This document shows, piece by piece, positions 17,950-26,946 of a DNA stretch of 64,000 nt. A program made the translations under genes and the position numbers. This DNA is from a virus. Within the stretch, counting starts at the first letter, position 1; each line of letters opens with the position of its first letter. The notes beneath the pieces were generated by a model, which did no database searches, was not told the DNA's origin, and saw nothing but the letters and a program-made list of their open reading frames with translations. The DNA lies in IMG/VR virus record IMGVR_UViG_3300020220_004906, positions 11,463-75,462 of that record, one strand, 5' to 3'.

Positions 17950-18513
17950 CTATTTATTTTTCCTTATCAAATTCATCTGAACTACAATGGCCTGAGCATA
18001 GGCAACAGCATGAGACTTTTTAAAATAGTAGCTTTCGTCTGAAGGTTTCACCCACACTTCTTTTAATATTTCCGTCCAGTATTTGTGCATGAGATGCCGC
18101 TTGGCAGGTCTGATTATTGCCAACACCGCCGCCAGCTGTTCAATATTTTTTGGTTCCAATTTATATACTATATCGAAATGGCCATTGATATGGAACAATT
18201 GATCCACAATTGTTTTATCTTTTAACATGTCCCAGTCTGGTTCTTCCAGCATCAACTCAACTAATTCCTGTTCTGTTTTCACGCCTTCATAGAGATTAAC
18301 GTTTAGCAGATCTATTTTAAAATAACCACGATCTTCTGCTCTTTTAAAATCAAAACTGCACGAGCCCAACATTGGGTCCACAGGCACTTCATGAAAGTAC
18401 ACGCCTGTCTTGTGTTTTTCTATCTCCTCGTCTTTGATTATGGATGCTGGCACATGTTTAAACAATTTGAGTGCGTGTTCTCTATTGGCAAAATCTATGT
18501 CTACGTCTGGCAT
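17950..18513 (-). CDS. Miniature DnaE-like (Pol III alpha palm/finger) protein
   Basis: MPDVDIDF, HKTGVY, GYFKIDLL, LAIIRP, FKKSHAVAYA in only 187 aa. Confidence 0.85.
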   Translation of the reverse strand: MPDVDIDFANREHALKLFKHVPASIIKDEEIEKHKTGVYFHEVPVDPMLGSCSFDFKRAEDRGYFKIDLLNVNLYEGVKTEQELVELMLEEPDWDMLKDKTIVDQLFHINGHFDIVYKLEPKNIEQLAAVLAIIRPAKRHLMHKYWTEILKEVWVKPSDESYYFKKSHAVAYAQAIVVQMNLIRKNK

Positions 18514-18737
18514 CAGTTATATTTCCTCCTGTTGTTTTCTTTTCTTATCAAACTACCCTTTTCCTTATCGATAAATTCTAACACATCCAAAGTCAATTTA
18601 TAACCCTTGCTCTCCTGGGCGGGGTTGCTTACTTCGGGCAGTATCACCTGTCCTATTGAACCATCTTCTTTTATTACTATGATGCAATCTCCCACTGCCA
18701 CATCTATGCTTTCATCGATGACAATTTTATCACTCAA
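18513..18737 (-). CDS. Hypothetical protein
   Basis: TTG start preceded by GGGAGG. Confidence 0.6.
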   Translation of the reverse strand: MSDKIVIDESIDVAVGDCIIVIKEDGSIGQVILPEVSNPAQESKGYKLTLDVLEFIDKEKGSLIRKENNRRKYN

Positions 18738-19416
18738 TTTTGGCCTCCCGAGCTGTTTCCTGCACAAAGATCGCATCCGCAGGAGATGATTTAAATTTGT
18801 TTGACCAATACTCAGGGTTGATAAACCTTTGTATCATTTGTAATTGTTCATCCGAGAGAGTTTGTAGCATTTTTTTCCCAGCGCTGCAACCAAGTATCAA
18901 CCACGGAGACAACTTGCCGTTTTGTATATGTTGCACAGCCCGCGGAGTGTTGACCAAACGGAAATAATCTGCCCATTGTACATGTTGTTCCTCTGCCCAA
19001 TCCATCATGGTTTGTATTGATCTAGTAAGGGCTGCTTCCACTGGTTCTGACTTTAACATGTCTATGAGATATGCTTCATAGAGATCGTCTCTTGCCCAAT
19101 GATCTAATTTTATTCTTGATTTGATTATGTAATCGATATACTTTTCAGGATACAGGGGACTCACATGCATGATGTATCTGCCAAATTTCACAAAAGCATT
19201 GTAGTAGGCGCTCTTGCAAAAATCTTCATAGGATTTTGGTTTGCCATTGTTCTGATGTATCTCATAGAATCTCTGGAACACCATCAGAGCGTTCTGCACC
19301 CACTTCTCATTTTTTTGCAGATGTCGACGTTTGGGTTCACACACATGCACCTGCAGAGTTCTCTCTTTCGTGAAACTCTTGCCGCAAAATGTACAGGTGT
19401 TAAGATTGCTTTCCAT
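18730..19416 (-). CDS. C2H2/C2HC zinc-finger protein
   Basis: CTFCGKSF..LQVHVC. Confidence 0.75.
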   Translation of the reverse strand: MESNLNTCTFCGKSFTKERTLQVHVCEPKRRHLQKNEKWVQNALMVFQRFYEIHQNNGKPKSYEDFCKSAYYNAFVKFGRYIMHVSPLYPEKYIDYIIKSRIKLDHWARDDLYEAYLIDMLKSEPVEAALTRSIQTMMDWAEEQHVQWADYFRLVNTPRAVQHIQNGKLSPWLILGCSAGKKMLQTLSDEQLQMIQRFINPEYWSNKFKSSPADAIFVQETAREAKIE

Positions 19417-19846
19417 GATCTTCTAGCAGTTGTTCTAGTTCGCCGTCGGTGATGATCTTATCCAGCGCTTCGAGGTCTAGCATTTTGGTGTTAGGATAGA
19501 TGTCCATCAGAGTTTGTAGTGATTTATTTACATTCTTCTTCATGGGTTTGATCCATGGATGGAACTGTTGTTTCAGCCCCCCGCACATGGCAGTCAAAAG
19601 CCAACATAATTTTTTATGTTTGCCGCTCAATTCAAAAAGATTTTTATTAACACATTCGTTGATCATTTCCACGTAGTGCTCTTGATAAAATCTATCCCCG
19701 GACACTGCGGAGGCATACCTCATAGTCATGTAAGGACTGTATAATGATCTCTCATGTTCATCGATACGATCATAGTAATCCTTGTTACGAAAGTCTATGG
19801 CTTTCATGCTGTTTCTTAATTCAAAAAATTTTTTCTTTTCACTCAT
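19400..19846 (-). CDS. Clamp-loader small subunit (T4 gp62-like)
   Basis: YSPYMTMR..N..HPWIK pattern, size and replication context. Confidence 0.6.
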   Translation of the reverse strand: MSEKKKFFELRNSMKAIDFRNKDYYDRIDEHERSLYSPYMTMRYASAVSGDRFYQEHYVEMINECVNKNLFELSGKHKKLCWLLTAMCGGLKQQFHPWIKPMKKNVNKSLQTLMDIYPNTKMLDLEALDKIITDGELEQLLEDHGKQS

Positions 19847-20081
19847 CTTCGCTCCATGTTAGTGCAAATATTGATGCATGTTTAGGATTTTTAAAAGTGA
19901 TCTCAATGTTCTTACCTCGCAACTGATAACCCTGTATGCTTAATTTTTTCTTTCGAGCATGATCTATTATCCAATCGATGTAGTGCCTGTTCATCAGCAC
20001 GGGTGTTTCTCTGTCTTGGTCATCCGGAATCATCATCACCGGAGCCTCCATGCTAACCACGTTGTCTCTTTTTTTTACCAT
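19839..20081 (-). CDS. Hypothetical protein
   Basis: ORF coupled to both neighbours. Confidence 0.6.
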   Translation of the reverse strand: MVKKRDNVVSMEAPVMMIPDDQDRETPVLMNRHYIDWIIDHARKKKLSIQGYQLRGKNIEITFKNPKHASIFALTWSEDE

Positions 20082-20578
20082 ACCGATGCGTATTCTAAAA
20101 ATTCTGATTGTCTGGATATATCCTTAACAAAATAAGCACAGGGTGGATTATCCGCATCTGTTAAAGGAACCGCAAGTATCTGTCCTGATTTGATCTTGGG
20201 GAAATACCATTTAACTTCTTGATAAATGTCCACAATATCAATTTCTGCAAATTCTGGCCTCGATCCAGTAATTGGATTGTATATAAATGCGGAAAATCCT
20301 CGATCATTGAGACTGGTTATCGGTAAGACATGTAATTCTCCCTGTTCTGCGTCTCCTATGATCATCTTCCAATCTAAAGGCATTTGTATTTTATATTTTC
20401 CTACCTGTAACACCGCCGCGGGAGCATTGAATGATTCCAAGAATATCAGAGGTATGAAGAAGTAATCTGGATCAGCAGGATTGGAATTGTCCAGAACCGC
20501 AAATCTCAATTTGTCATCCACATACTCGGGTATCTTTTCTAATACGTATGTTTTATTTTCCAGTGTAAGGATTTTCAT
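20075..20578 (-). CDS. Hypothetical phage protein
   Basis: ORF coupled to UvsW. Confidence 0.7.
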   Translation of the reverse strand: MKILTLENKTYVLEKIPEYVDDKLRFAVLDNSNPADPDYFFIPLIFLESFNAPAAVLQVGKYKIQMPLDWKMIIGDAEQGELHVLPITSLNDRGFSAFIYNPITGSRPEFAEIDIVDIYQEVKWYFPKIKSGQILAVPLTDADNPPCAYFVKDISRQSEFLEYASVW

Positions 20579-22022
20579 AATCTATCTTTTCTATATTATA
20601 CGGGTAATTGGCCTCTTTGTAAAACTTTTTCCTTTGCCCAAGATGTCTTTTTGCAAATTTGCAACTGGAAGTGATATCCCATATGTTCACATGATCCTTA
20701 TCCTCTGCTTTTCTTATACCCCTACCAATGCTTTGTATTACACGCACGAAACTTTTACCAGGCTCTATTAATACCAAATTAAAGATCCTGGGTATGTTTA
20801 TGCCCACGGAGGCCACGCCATAGGTAGCGATAATGACCTTGCGTTGCGAGATTGAGACTTCGTCGTAGTGTTCCTTTCGCTCCATATTCTTTGTGGAACC
20901 AGATATAAACACGCTGTCTGGTATCTTGCTTTCTAACAACTCACCAGCAGATATCCTGTCCACAAGGATCATCGTGTTGCCTGTAGTTGAAATATTTTCT
21001 ATAGTTTTTGCAATCCACGACATCCGAGTTTCATCAGTGGTTAGCCATTTCAATTCTTCTTGATAATTTTTGAATTCTGGATGATCCTGAGTCTGCAACA
21101 CATTGACGTGGCATAGCGCCAGCACGCCTTTGTCTTGTAATTCTTTGGCTGCTATCTTATGGGCTACATCACCTATGCTGCATCTCAATCCATAAAATTC
21201 ATAGTCCGCCTTGGGCACTGTGCCCGTGAGTCCCCAACGTATACCACACTTAGCAAAAGGTCCTGTCAGCATTCTTTTCAACACATCTGCCTTGGCCATG
21301 TGAACTTCGTCCACTATTACGGTGTTGATATTATCTATTGCTTCTAGGAATGCGGTGGTTTCATCATCGCGGCTTTTCTTCTCTAAAACGTTCAGTGATT
21401 GCCAAGTTGCGATCGTATTCTGCCTTCCTAATTCTTTCCTGTCGCCGTAATACACCCCAACATCTAGATTGCACGCTAAAAAATCATCCTCAGTCTGTGT
21501 GACTAGACTTTTGTTGGGAACGATTGTGAGAGTTCTCCCATAGTTCTCAACCAGTTTGCACAGAGCTGCCGTGATGATGGTCTTACCCGCTCCGGTGGCG
21601 ATCTCCTGTATACATTGAGGATTCTTAAGGAACTTGTTTATGGTTTCCACCTGATAGTCCCTCAACACTATTGATTGCCCCGCACAGGGATGATTCTTTG
21701 GCCATTTGATATCGGATAGATAGTTTTGATCTATCAATTTAAATTCAAAGTTGTGTGGGGTTCTTTGATCTTCCAATTCCACATACACACCGGCACCTTC
21801 CAATACTGGCAATATCTCTCCCACCAATGCTAGATAGGTATTGCCGCCCAATCCAAAGAAACTTACCTTGCCATCCCATCTGCCCAGTTTCACTGCAGGT
21901 AGATGTCGAGCATATGGTATCTCAAATTTGAATTTGTTGCTGAGATGCTTTCTATGTTCTAGAGAAAGATTTTCAAATTTGACATTTACCTCGTCTCGAA
22001 TTATCAGTTTGCATGAGCTCAT
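20553..22022 (-). CDS. uvsW: SF2 helicase UvsW
   Basis: LRDYQ, ATGAGKT, DEVH, TGT, QSIGRGIR. Confidence 0.92.
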   Translation of the reverse strand: MSSCKLIIRDEVNVKFENLSLEHRKHLSNKFKFEIPYARHLPAVKLGRWDGKVSFFGLGGNTYLALVGEILPVLEGAGVYVELEDQRTPHNFEFKLIDQNYLSDIKWPKNHPCAGQSIVLRDYQVETINKFLKNPQCIQEIATGAGKTIITAALCKLVENYGRTLTIVPNKSLVTQTEDDFLACNLDVGVYYGDRKELGRQNTIATWQSLNVLEKKSRDDETTAFLEAIDNINTVIVDEVHMAKADVLKRMLTGPFAKCGIRWGLTGTVPKADYEFYGLRCSIGDVAHKIAAKELQDKGVLALCHVNVLQTQDHPEFKNYQEELKWLTTDETRMSWIAKTIENISTTGNTMILVDRISAGELLESKIPDSVFISGSTKNMERKEHYDEVSISQRKVIIATYGVASVGINIPRIFNLVLIEPGKSFVRVIQSIGRGIRKAEDKDHVNIWDITSSCKFAKRHLGQRKKFYKEANYPYNIEKIDYENPYTGK

Positions 22023-23353
22023 ACAGATTGTATTTTGTCAGATGGTTTCTGACTCATATAATACAATCTTTTCGGCAAATTTTCAACCAGCTTGTCCAGA
22101 GTGTTGGTGCTCATGGCCCACATGGGAGTGTCCTGCAGCATGAATGCTATCTTGGGTTTGATTCCAGATCTCAATAGTGCTCTTGGTATTTTATTTCTAA
22201 CAAATATGATTTTGGTCCGCGGGGAGATCCTTTTATTGCTGACGCTCAATGCATGCAAGGTTTTCCATTGATCATATATTAGCTTACGCTCTTCCATGGA
22301 TGTTTCTGCTCCATAGATAAAATCCGCGTTAGGAAACTGGTCGACCTCTGGATCTGGATCCAGAGACATGGGTTGATTGAGCTCGAAACCAAACGTTATC
22401 TCGTCCTTGGCAATACCCGCTGACTCAAATTCCTGCAGCCACTGGTACACTGGCGTTATTTCATTCTTCACATCAAGTTCTCCGCTGAACGGACAGATTG
22501 CTGGAAGATCTCCTAACTCGATGATGGCTTGTAGTAAGGTTTTTTTATCATAAACTTTTCTGTCCACAAACAAATTAGTATCAGATGCATAGGCTATTTT
22601 TTCTGCTAGGCTTTTTGCAGGTGCAGAATTATTTCTTGTGCAAGAAACACGGATATGTTTCAATTGATCTCGCTGTTGAAGATACGACAGCGATTGGCAG
22701 TTTTGTTGCCAATAATCTGCAAGTGAGTTGGGAGCATTGATCAGTTTTATCGAGTCATACTCGATGTCAACAATGATAGGTAGATACTTTTTCTTTTCTT
22801 GTTTTATTTCTTCATAGTCAGTTAAAATTTTAAGGTTCAATATCTTGAAATCATATCTCACCGCTATCAGCGTGACATAGTAGGCCACAGTGTCGGTGTA
22901 ATTCATTGTCCATTTTTTTGTCTCCCCATCATACAACATAGGAACTAATTCTTGTGTCTTCTTTTTCAGACATCTTATCAATGCAATTAATTTCTCGTTG
23001 TAAGGAAATCTTATTTCTATAACTTCTCTGCCGTCTTCCGCATGCAATATGTCTATACTTTTTTCAAAATTTATTATCCTGAAGGGCTGGTCGTATCTTG
23101 GATTTTTAATAAGCTCGTCAACATCGAAATCAAATTTTTCTAACAGAGTTTTATATCTCTTTAAGAACAGCATGGCCAGTGTACCCTGCTTCTCTGTCCA
23201 GGCGTATGGAGCGTCAGCCAGACTTTGAATGGTTTTGAAATCTTTGTCATGCACACCAGAACTTTGCCATGCTCCTCCTGTATTGTAAGCCAGTATTCTT
23301 ATAGCGGCTTCCATGGATTCCAGCTGGCGTCGTGTTGTGTTTGTGTTTGACAT
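22019..23353 (-). CDS. Hypothetical protein
   Basis: Long ORF; start moved to ATG 23353, downstream of TTGACT-16 nt-TATACT. Confidence 0.7.
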   Translation of the reverse strand: MSNTNTTRRQLESMEAAIRILAYNTGGAWQSSGVHDKDFKTIQSLADAPYAWTEKQGTLAMLFLKRYKTLLEKFDFDVDELIKNPRYDQPFRIINFEKSIDILHAEDGREVIEIRFPYNEKLIALIRCLKKKTQELVPMLYDGETKKWTMNYTDTVAYYVTLIAVRYDFKILNLKILTDYEEIKQEKKKYLPIIVDIEYDSIKLINAPNSLADYWQQNCQSLSYLQQRDQLKHIRVSCTRNNSAPAKSLAEKIAYASDTNLFVDRKVYDKKTLLQAIIELGDLPAICPFSGELDVKNEITPVYQWLQEFESAGIAKDEITFGFELNQPMSLDPDPEVDQFPNADFIYGAETSMEERKLIYDQWKTLHALSVSNKRISPRTKIIFVRNKIPRALLRSGIKPKIAFMLQDTPMWAMSTNTLDKLVENLPKRLYYMSQKPSDKIQSV

Positions 23354-23408
23354 TTTTGGATAATTAAGTATAACATATAAGGTAATAAAGTCAATTGATC
23401 TGCCAATT

Positions 23409-23813
23409 ATGAGAAGAAAAAAAGCATTGAAATTGAGGCACAAGATAGTGAAAGAGACCCTTGATCACAAAGGACCGTATCTTACGAATAGACGTGCCAT
23501 ACATCGCTGGTTTCGTTACATCAATCGAGCAGTCTTTAACAACCAGTTACCCAATTTCGACAAGATCATAATCAAGAAATGGTTGAAACAGGCCATGGGG
23601 CAGGTGTGCGCCTATCCAGATAAAAATCCTACAAGATTTGAATTAGAGATGGTACGCAAGTATCAGACAAAGAAAGATTTTATAGAAACACTTGCACACG
23701 AGATGATACATCTATACCAATTTGCATTGAAGAAGGACACCGGAAATCACAACAGCATTTTCTACAGCTTCCGTCCTAGATTTAAATTTATCGGCTTAGG
23801 ACTTTCTCTGTAA
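23409..23813 (+). CDS. SprT-like zinc metalloprotease
   Basis: TLAHEMIH plus downstream H..F. Confidence 0.8.
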   Translation: MRRKKALKLRHKIVKETLDHKGPYLTNRRAIHRWFRYINRAVFNNQLPNFDKIIIKKWLKQAMGQVCAYPDKNPTRFELEMVRKYQTKKDFIETLAHEMIHLYQFALKKDTGNHNSIFYSFRPRFKFIGLGLSL

Positions 23814-24540
23814 ATTCAGCGTAGGTCATAAGTTTTGTATTCTTTAAGTCGATACCTGTTTGTAAATGATGCAATGGTTCTGTTGGATTATCGTGTACCA
23901 CAGTAAATTGACAATATGGTCTCTGTTTAATACAAATTCTAAATTGAGTCAGCCATCCCTCATGCAAAGTGTCGCTGTCGCGAGGACCATAGTGTTCCGT
24001 GTTTTGATAGATGTTGTTCAATTGCCCCTTGCCATATTCTTTGAAATCAAATCCTATCAAATATATATTTTTATGTCCATGCACACAGGCTGTCCAGATG
24101 GCGGCGGAACCAGATACCCAATGAGGATTATTTGGAATCAAGTTTAGTTTCTTTTTACTTTTAGTGTATTCTAAAGCCGGAGCATAACACACGCATTTTT
24201 CATAAATTTTTTCATCTACTATGGTTTGGGAAATAAATCTATCCACCATGAATAGATAATCGGGAATAAAATCTCTGTAGAGAGCATTACATCCATATAT
24301 TTGGCCAGAATCTCTGAGAAGATTGAGATCGAATCCTTTTCTGGAGGGGCCGTTGCCGATAATGTAGGCATTGCCTCGAGGCCGTGCCTTAACTACATCC
24401 TCAACATATTCCGTTTCGTGGGTTTTCTTGCCCCCTTTGATTGACACTTTGGTTATGATAGTTTCGCCTTTGTAAGGGGTCCACTCGATAGCAGTCACGG
24501 TGTGTAAGTCTTTGTGTCGTATGATTGATTGAACAGGCAT
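23788..24540 (-). CDS. Maf/DUF115/sialyltransferase-fold putative glycosyltransferase
   Basis: IIGNGPS, GCNA, YLIGFDF. Confidence 0.6.
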   Translation of the reverse strand: MPVQSIIRHKDLHTVTAIEWTPYKGETIITKVSIKGGKKTHETEYVEDVVKARPRGNAYIIGNGPSRKGFDLNLLRDSGQIYGCNALYRDFIPDYLFMVDRFISQTIVDEKIYEKCVCYAPALEYTKSKKKLNLIPNNPHWVSGSAAIWTACVHGHKNIYLIGFDFKEYGKGQLNNIYQNTEHYGPRDSDTLHEGWLTQFRICIKQRPYCQFTVVHDNPTEPLHHLQTGIDLKNTKLMTYAEFTEKVLSR

Positions 24541-25413
24541 CTATTTTATGTATCTTTCTGCAAGTCTCTGCCGTATTCTAGACCATGGCAATCCATCTCT
24601 GATTTCCTGTACTGTCCATTCCGTATAAGAAAGTTTGTGCGCCCAACCTAGTCTATTAGGCATTGCCGGTTTTTCTAAATCAAAAAGATTTGCATTGCCC
24701 ACTTCATAACACAAACTTGATTCACTCACAAAAACTGGTATACCATTAATTACAGATTCTATGGCTGGATTGCTGGAATGATTCACAACCGCCCAAGTCG
24801 ATTTGAGTGTTTTTTTAAAATCAGTATCATCATATGTGGTCCAATCCCTTTCAGGTTTTTTAATTTTCACGTTAATATATTTTTTCCCGTCAAAATCAAA
24901 GCTGTTTCTAGGATGTGGTCTAACCAGTATGGGTTTTTGACTGTATTTTCTGATTTCTTTTATCTGCTGTTCTATCCAGTGAGACATACGTGGATTTTTT
25001 TGCCATTGCTGACTAGTGTCGTGTTGTCCGCATATTACTATTACATTTCCTGTTTGCTTCCACGGTTTCATTTCTATATTGAATAGTGGCCATCTTTTGT
25101 TATCAAATATCTGATTCGCAAAATCAGCATCTCTGTTGATACCATTGATGCCCATCTTCCAAGTCGTGTTTCTCTTTAGGCCGCCCACCTCCATTACTAC
25201 CACTGGTTTATTTTTTGCTTTGTATTTTTCCCATATTTGTCTATTGCTGGCCATCCTTCCTAACCATAACACAGACCAAATCACAGCAACGTCACAATCT
25301 CTATCTTCATTGATGTATATGTTTTCTCCTTTTGCTCTGAGGTGTTCTATTAGCGCGGCGAACACGGGTTTACTGTTGAGACTGCCATTGTCTGGAAATA
25401 ATGCTATTTTCAT
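24541..25413 (-). CDS. KpsS/KpsC-like capsule-synthesis glycosyltransferase
   Basis: GQHDTS, VRPHP, VNHSSNPAIE..GIPVF. Confidence 0.65.
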   Translation of the reverse strand: MKIALFPDNGSLNSKPVFAALIEHLRAKGENIYINEDRDCDVAVIWSVLWLGRMASNRQIWEKYKAKNKPVVVMEVGGLKRNTTWKMGINGINRDADFANQIFDNKRWPLFNIEMKPWKQTGNVIVICGQHDTSQQWQKNPRMSHWIEQQIKEIRKYSQKPILVRPHPRNSFDFDGKKYINVKIKKPERDWTTYDDTDFKKTLKSTWAVVNHSSNPAIESVINGIPVFVSESSLCYEVGNANLFDLEKPAMPNRLGWAHKLSYTEWTVQEIRDGLPWSRIRQRLAERYIK

Positions 25414-26318
25414 TTTAATGACGTTGGTACTTTCTTCCAATAATCTATTTCCCACACATTTGCAGGAGCATTCTTCATTGGTGGTCTTAAATCATTTTTA
25501 GAGCTGCTGCCTAATTTTTTTCTCTTGCCTTTCATGTGATCCATGTATAATCCCAATTCGCTGTTCACGAACACGTGATGTCCCTTGACATTTTTATCAT
25601 AGCCTATGTCATTTACTTCTATATTATATTTTTTTTGGAAATATTTTACAAGATGCCAAAATAAAAAACTATCATGCCATTCTAATAATTTGAAAACTTC
25701 ATCTGTGATAAACAAATTTTCCCATTCTTTGGCAAATTCTTGTACATGGGCGTGCCTTAGATTGTAGCCAACGAAACCGCACTCTGGATATTTGCCCCCA
25801 TCATTTAGAGAAAATCTTTCTCTGCCGAGATATGTAACCATAGTATTGCTGGGTAAAAGTTTCATTAGAAACTCTAATGGCATGGATCTAAAAGTAAATG
25901 TGTCAGCATCGATCCATATTACATAATCATATTGTCTGGAATTACGTATGGCATTGATCACGCAGAAAACTTTATTACTGAATCTCACAGCGTCCCAAAG
26001 AAAGGAACCCTTATTTTTGTCCAATCCCCCCTTTTGTTGCAGACAAGCGGGCCTCCTGACTCCTCCCGGTATCTCCTGTAGCTCACCACAAGCCACTGGA
26101 TCGTTCCTGTGTCGATTTTTAAATTTCAACAACTCCGGTTCGGCAGCGTTGAGATCAATCCATGTGATCCTGGGATGGTCGTACTTGGGTTTGGGCTCTT
26201 CGAGATAGACCACAAGGTCAACTTCTGCAGGCCATTGTTCGGCAATGCTCTTGATACCTCTGCCGGAATAGAGATCCCATGTGCCTGGTTTGTAAGAAGT
26301 GATTACTTTGATTTTCAT
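25410..26318 (-). CDS. GT-A glycosyltransferase
   Basis: WIDAD (DxD), ECGF, WHD, HMKG. Confidence 0.75.
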   Translation of the reverse strand: MKIKVITSYKPGTWDLYSGRGIKSIAEQWPAEVDLVVYLEEPKPKYDHPRITWIDLNAAEPELLKFKNRHRNDPVACGELQEIPGGVRRPACLQQKGGLDKNKGSFLWDAVRFSNKVFCVINAIRNSRQYDYVIWIDADTFTFRSMPLEFLMKLLPSNTMVTYLGRERFSLNDGGKYPECGFVGYNLRHAHVQEFAKEWENLFITDEVFKLLEWHDSFLFWHLVKYFQKKYNIEVNDIGYDKNVKGHHVFVNSELGLYMDHMKGKRKKLGSSSKNDLRPPMKNAPANVWEIDYWKKVPTSLK

Positions 26319-26346
26319 GTTAAATATATTATATTTAATTGATACC

Positions 26347-26946
26347 ATGTCACAAAAAATTATTTACAATTTAACCTATATGCCTCCTGGACACACAGGA
26401 CATCTATGCCCAACCGAGCATGTGGTCAATGCATGGAAACATTTTTACAATTCATTTCCATTTACCAACGTATTGGAATTTGGATTCAATACCGGTTGGA
26501 GCAGTGCCTTGTTGATGACTATGTTTCCATCAGTAAAGATCACCAGCATCGAGATAATAGAAATAGACAGCTCCAGGAAGGGTGCGGAAATCCTCAAAGA
26601 AAAATTTCCCGGCAGGCATGAAATAGTGTGGGGTGACAGTCAGAAAGTGGCTATGGAGGTCATGCTAGGCAGCAGGTCGTTGCCGATATCAGGGTATGAC
26701 TTGGCATTCATCGACGGGGGACATTGGCCAGAGATAGTGCAGAGGGATATAGAGCTGTCCCTGCATCTCGGCATAAAGAATTTCGTATTCGATGATGGAA
26801 ACCATCCCCATATCAAACCCGGCATAGAAAAATTTAAAAATCTTAAATTCGTTCAAAAGCGAACATACTTTGATACGAGGTACAAAGCCAATTACTATAA
26901 ATTTAAAACGAGAGAAATTGATCTATGCCATTATCAAGTACATTGA
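26347..26946 (+). CDS. SAM-dependent methyltransferase (Methyltransf_24-like)
   Basis: LEFGFNTGWS, GDS, FIDGGH, FDD. Confidence 0.8.
   Translation: MSQKIIYNLTYMPPGHTGHLCPTEHVVNAWKHFYNSFPFTNVLEFGFNTGWSSALLMTMFPSVKITSIEIIEIDSSRKGAEILKEKFPGRHEIVWGDSQKVAMEVMLGSRSLPISGYDLAFIDGGHWPEIVQRDIELSLHLGIKNFVFDDGNHPHIKPGIEKFKNLKFVQKRTYFDTRYKANYYKFKTREIDLCHYQVH

Noticed and set aside
9737-18513. The two DnaE-like ORFs as halves of one split or intein-spliced gene
   Set aside because: Both contain the same PDVDIDF and K.D.L motifs, so they are redundant rather than complementary; no intein motifs seen
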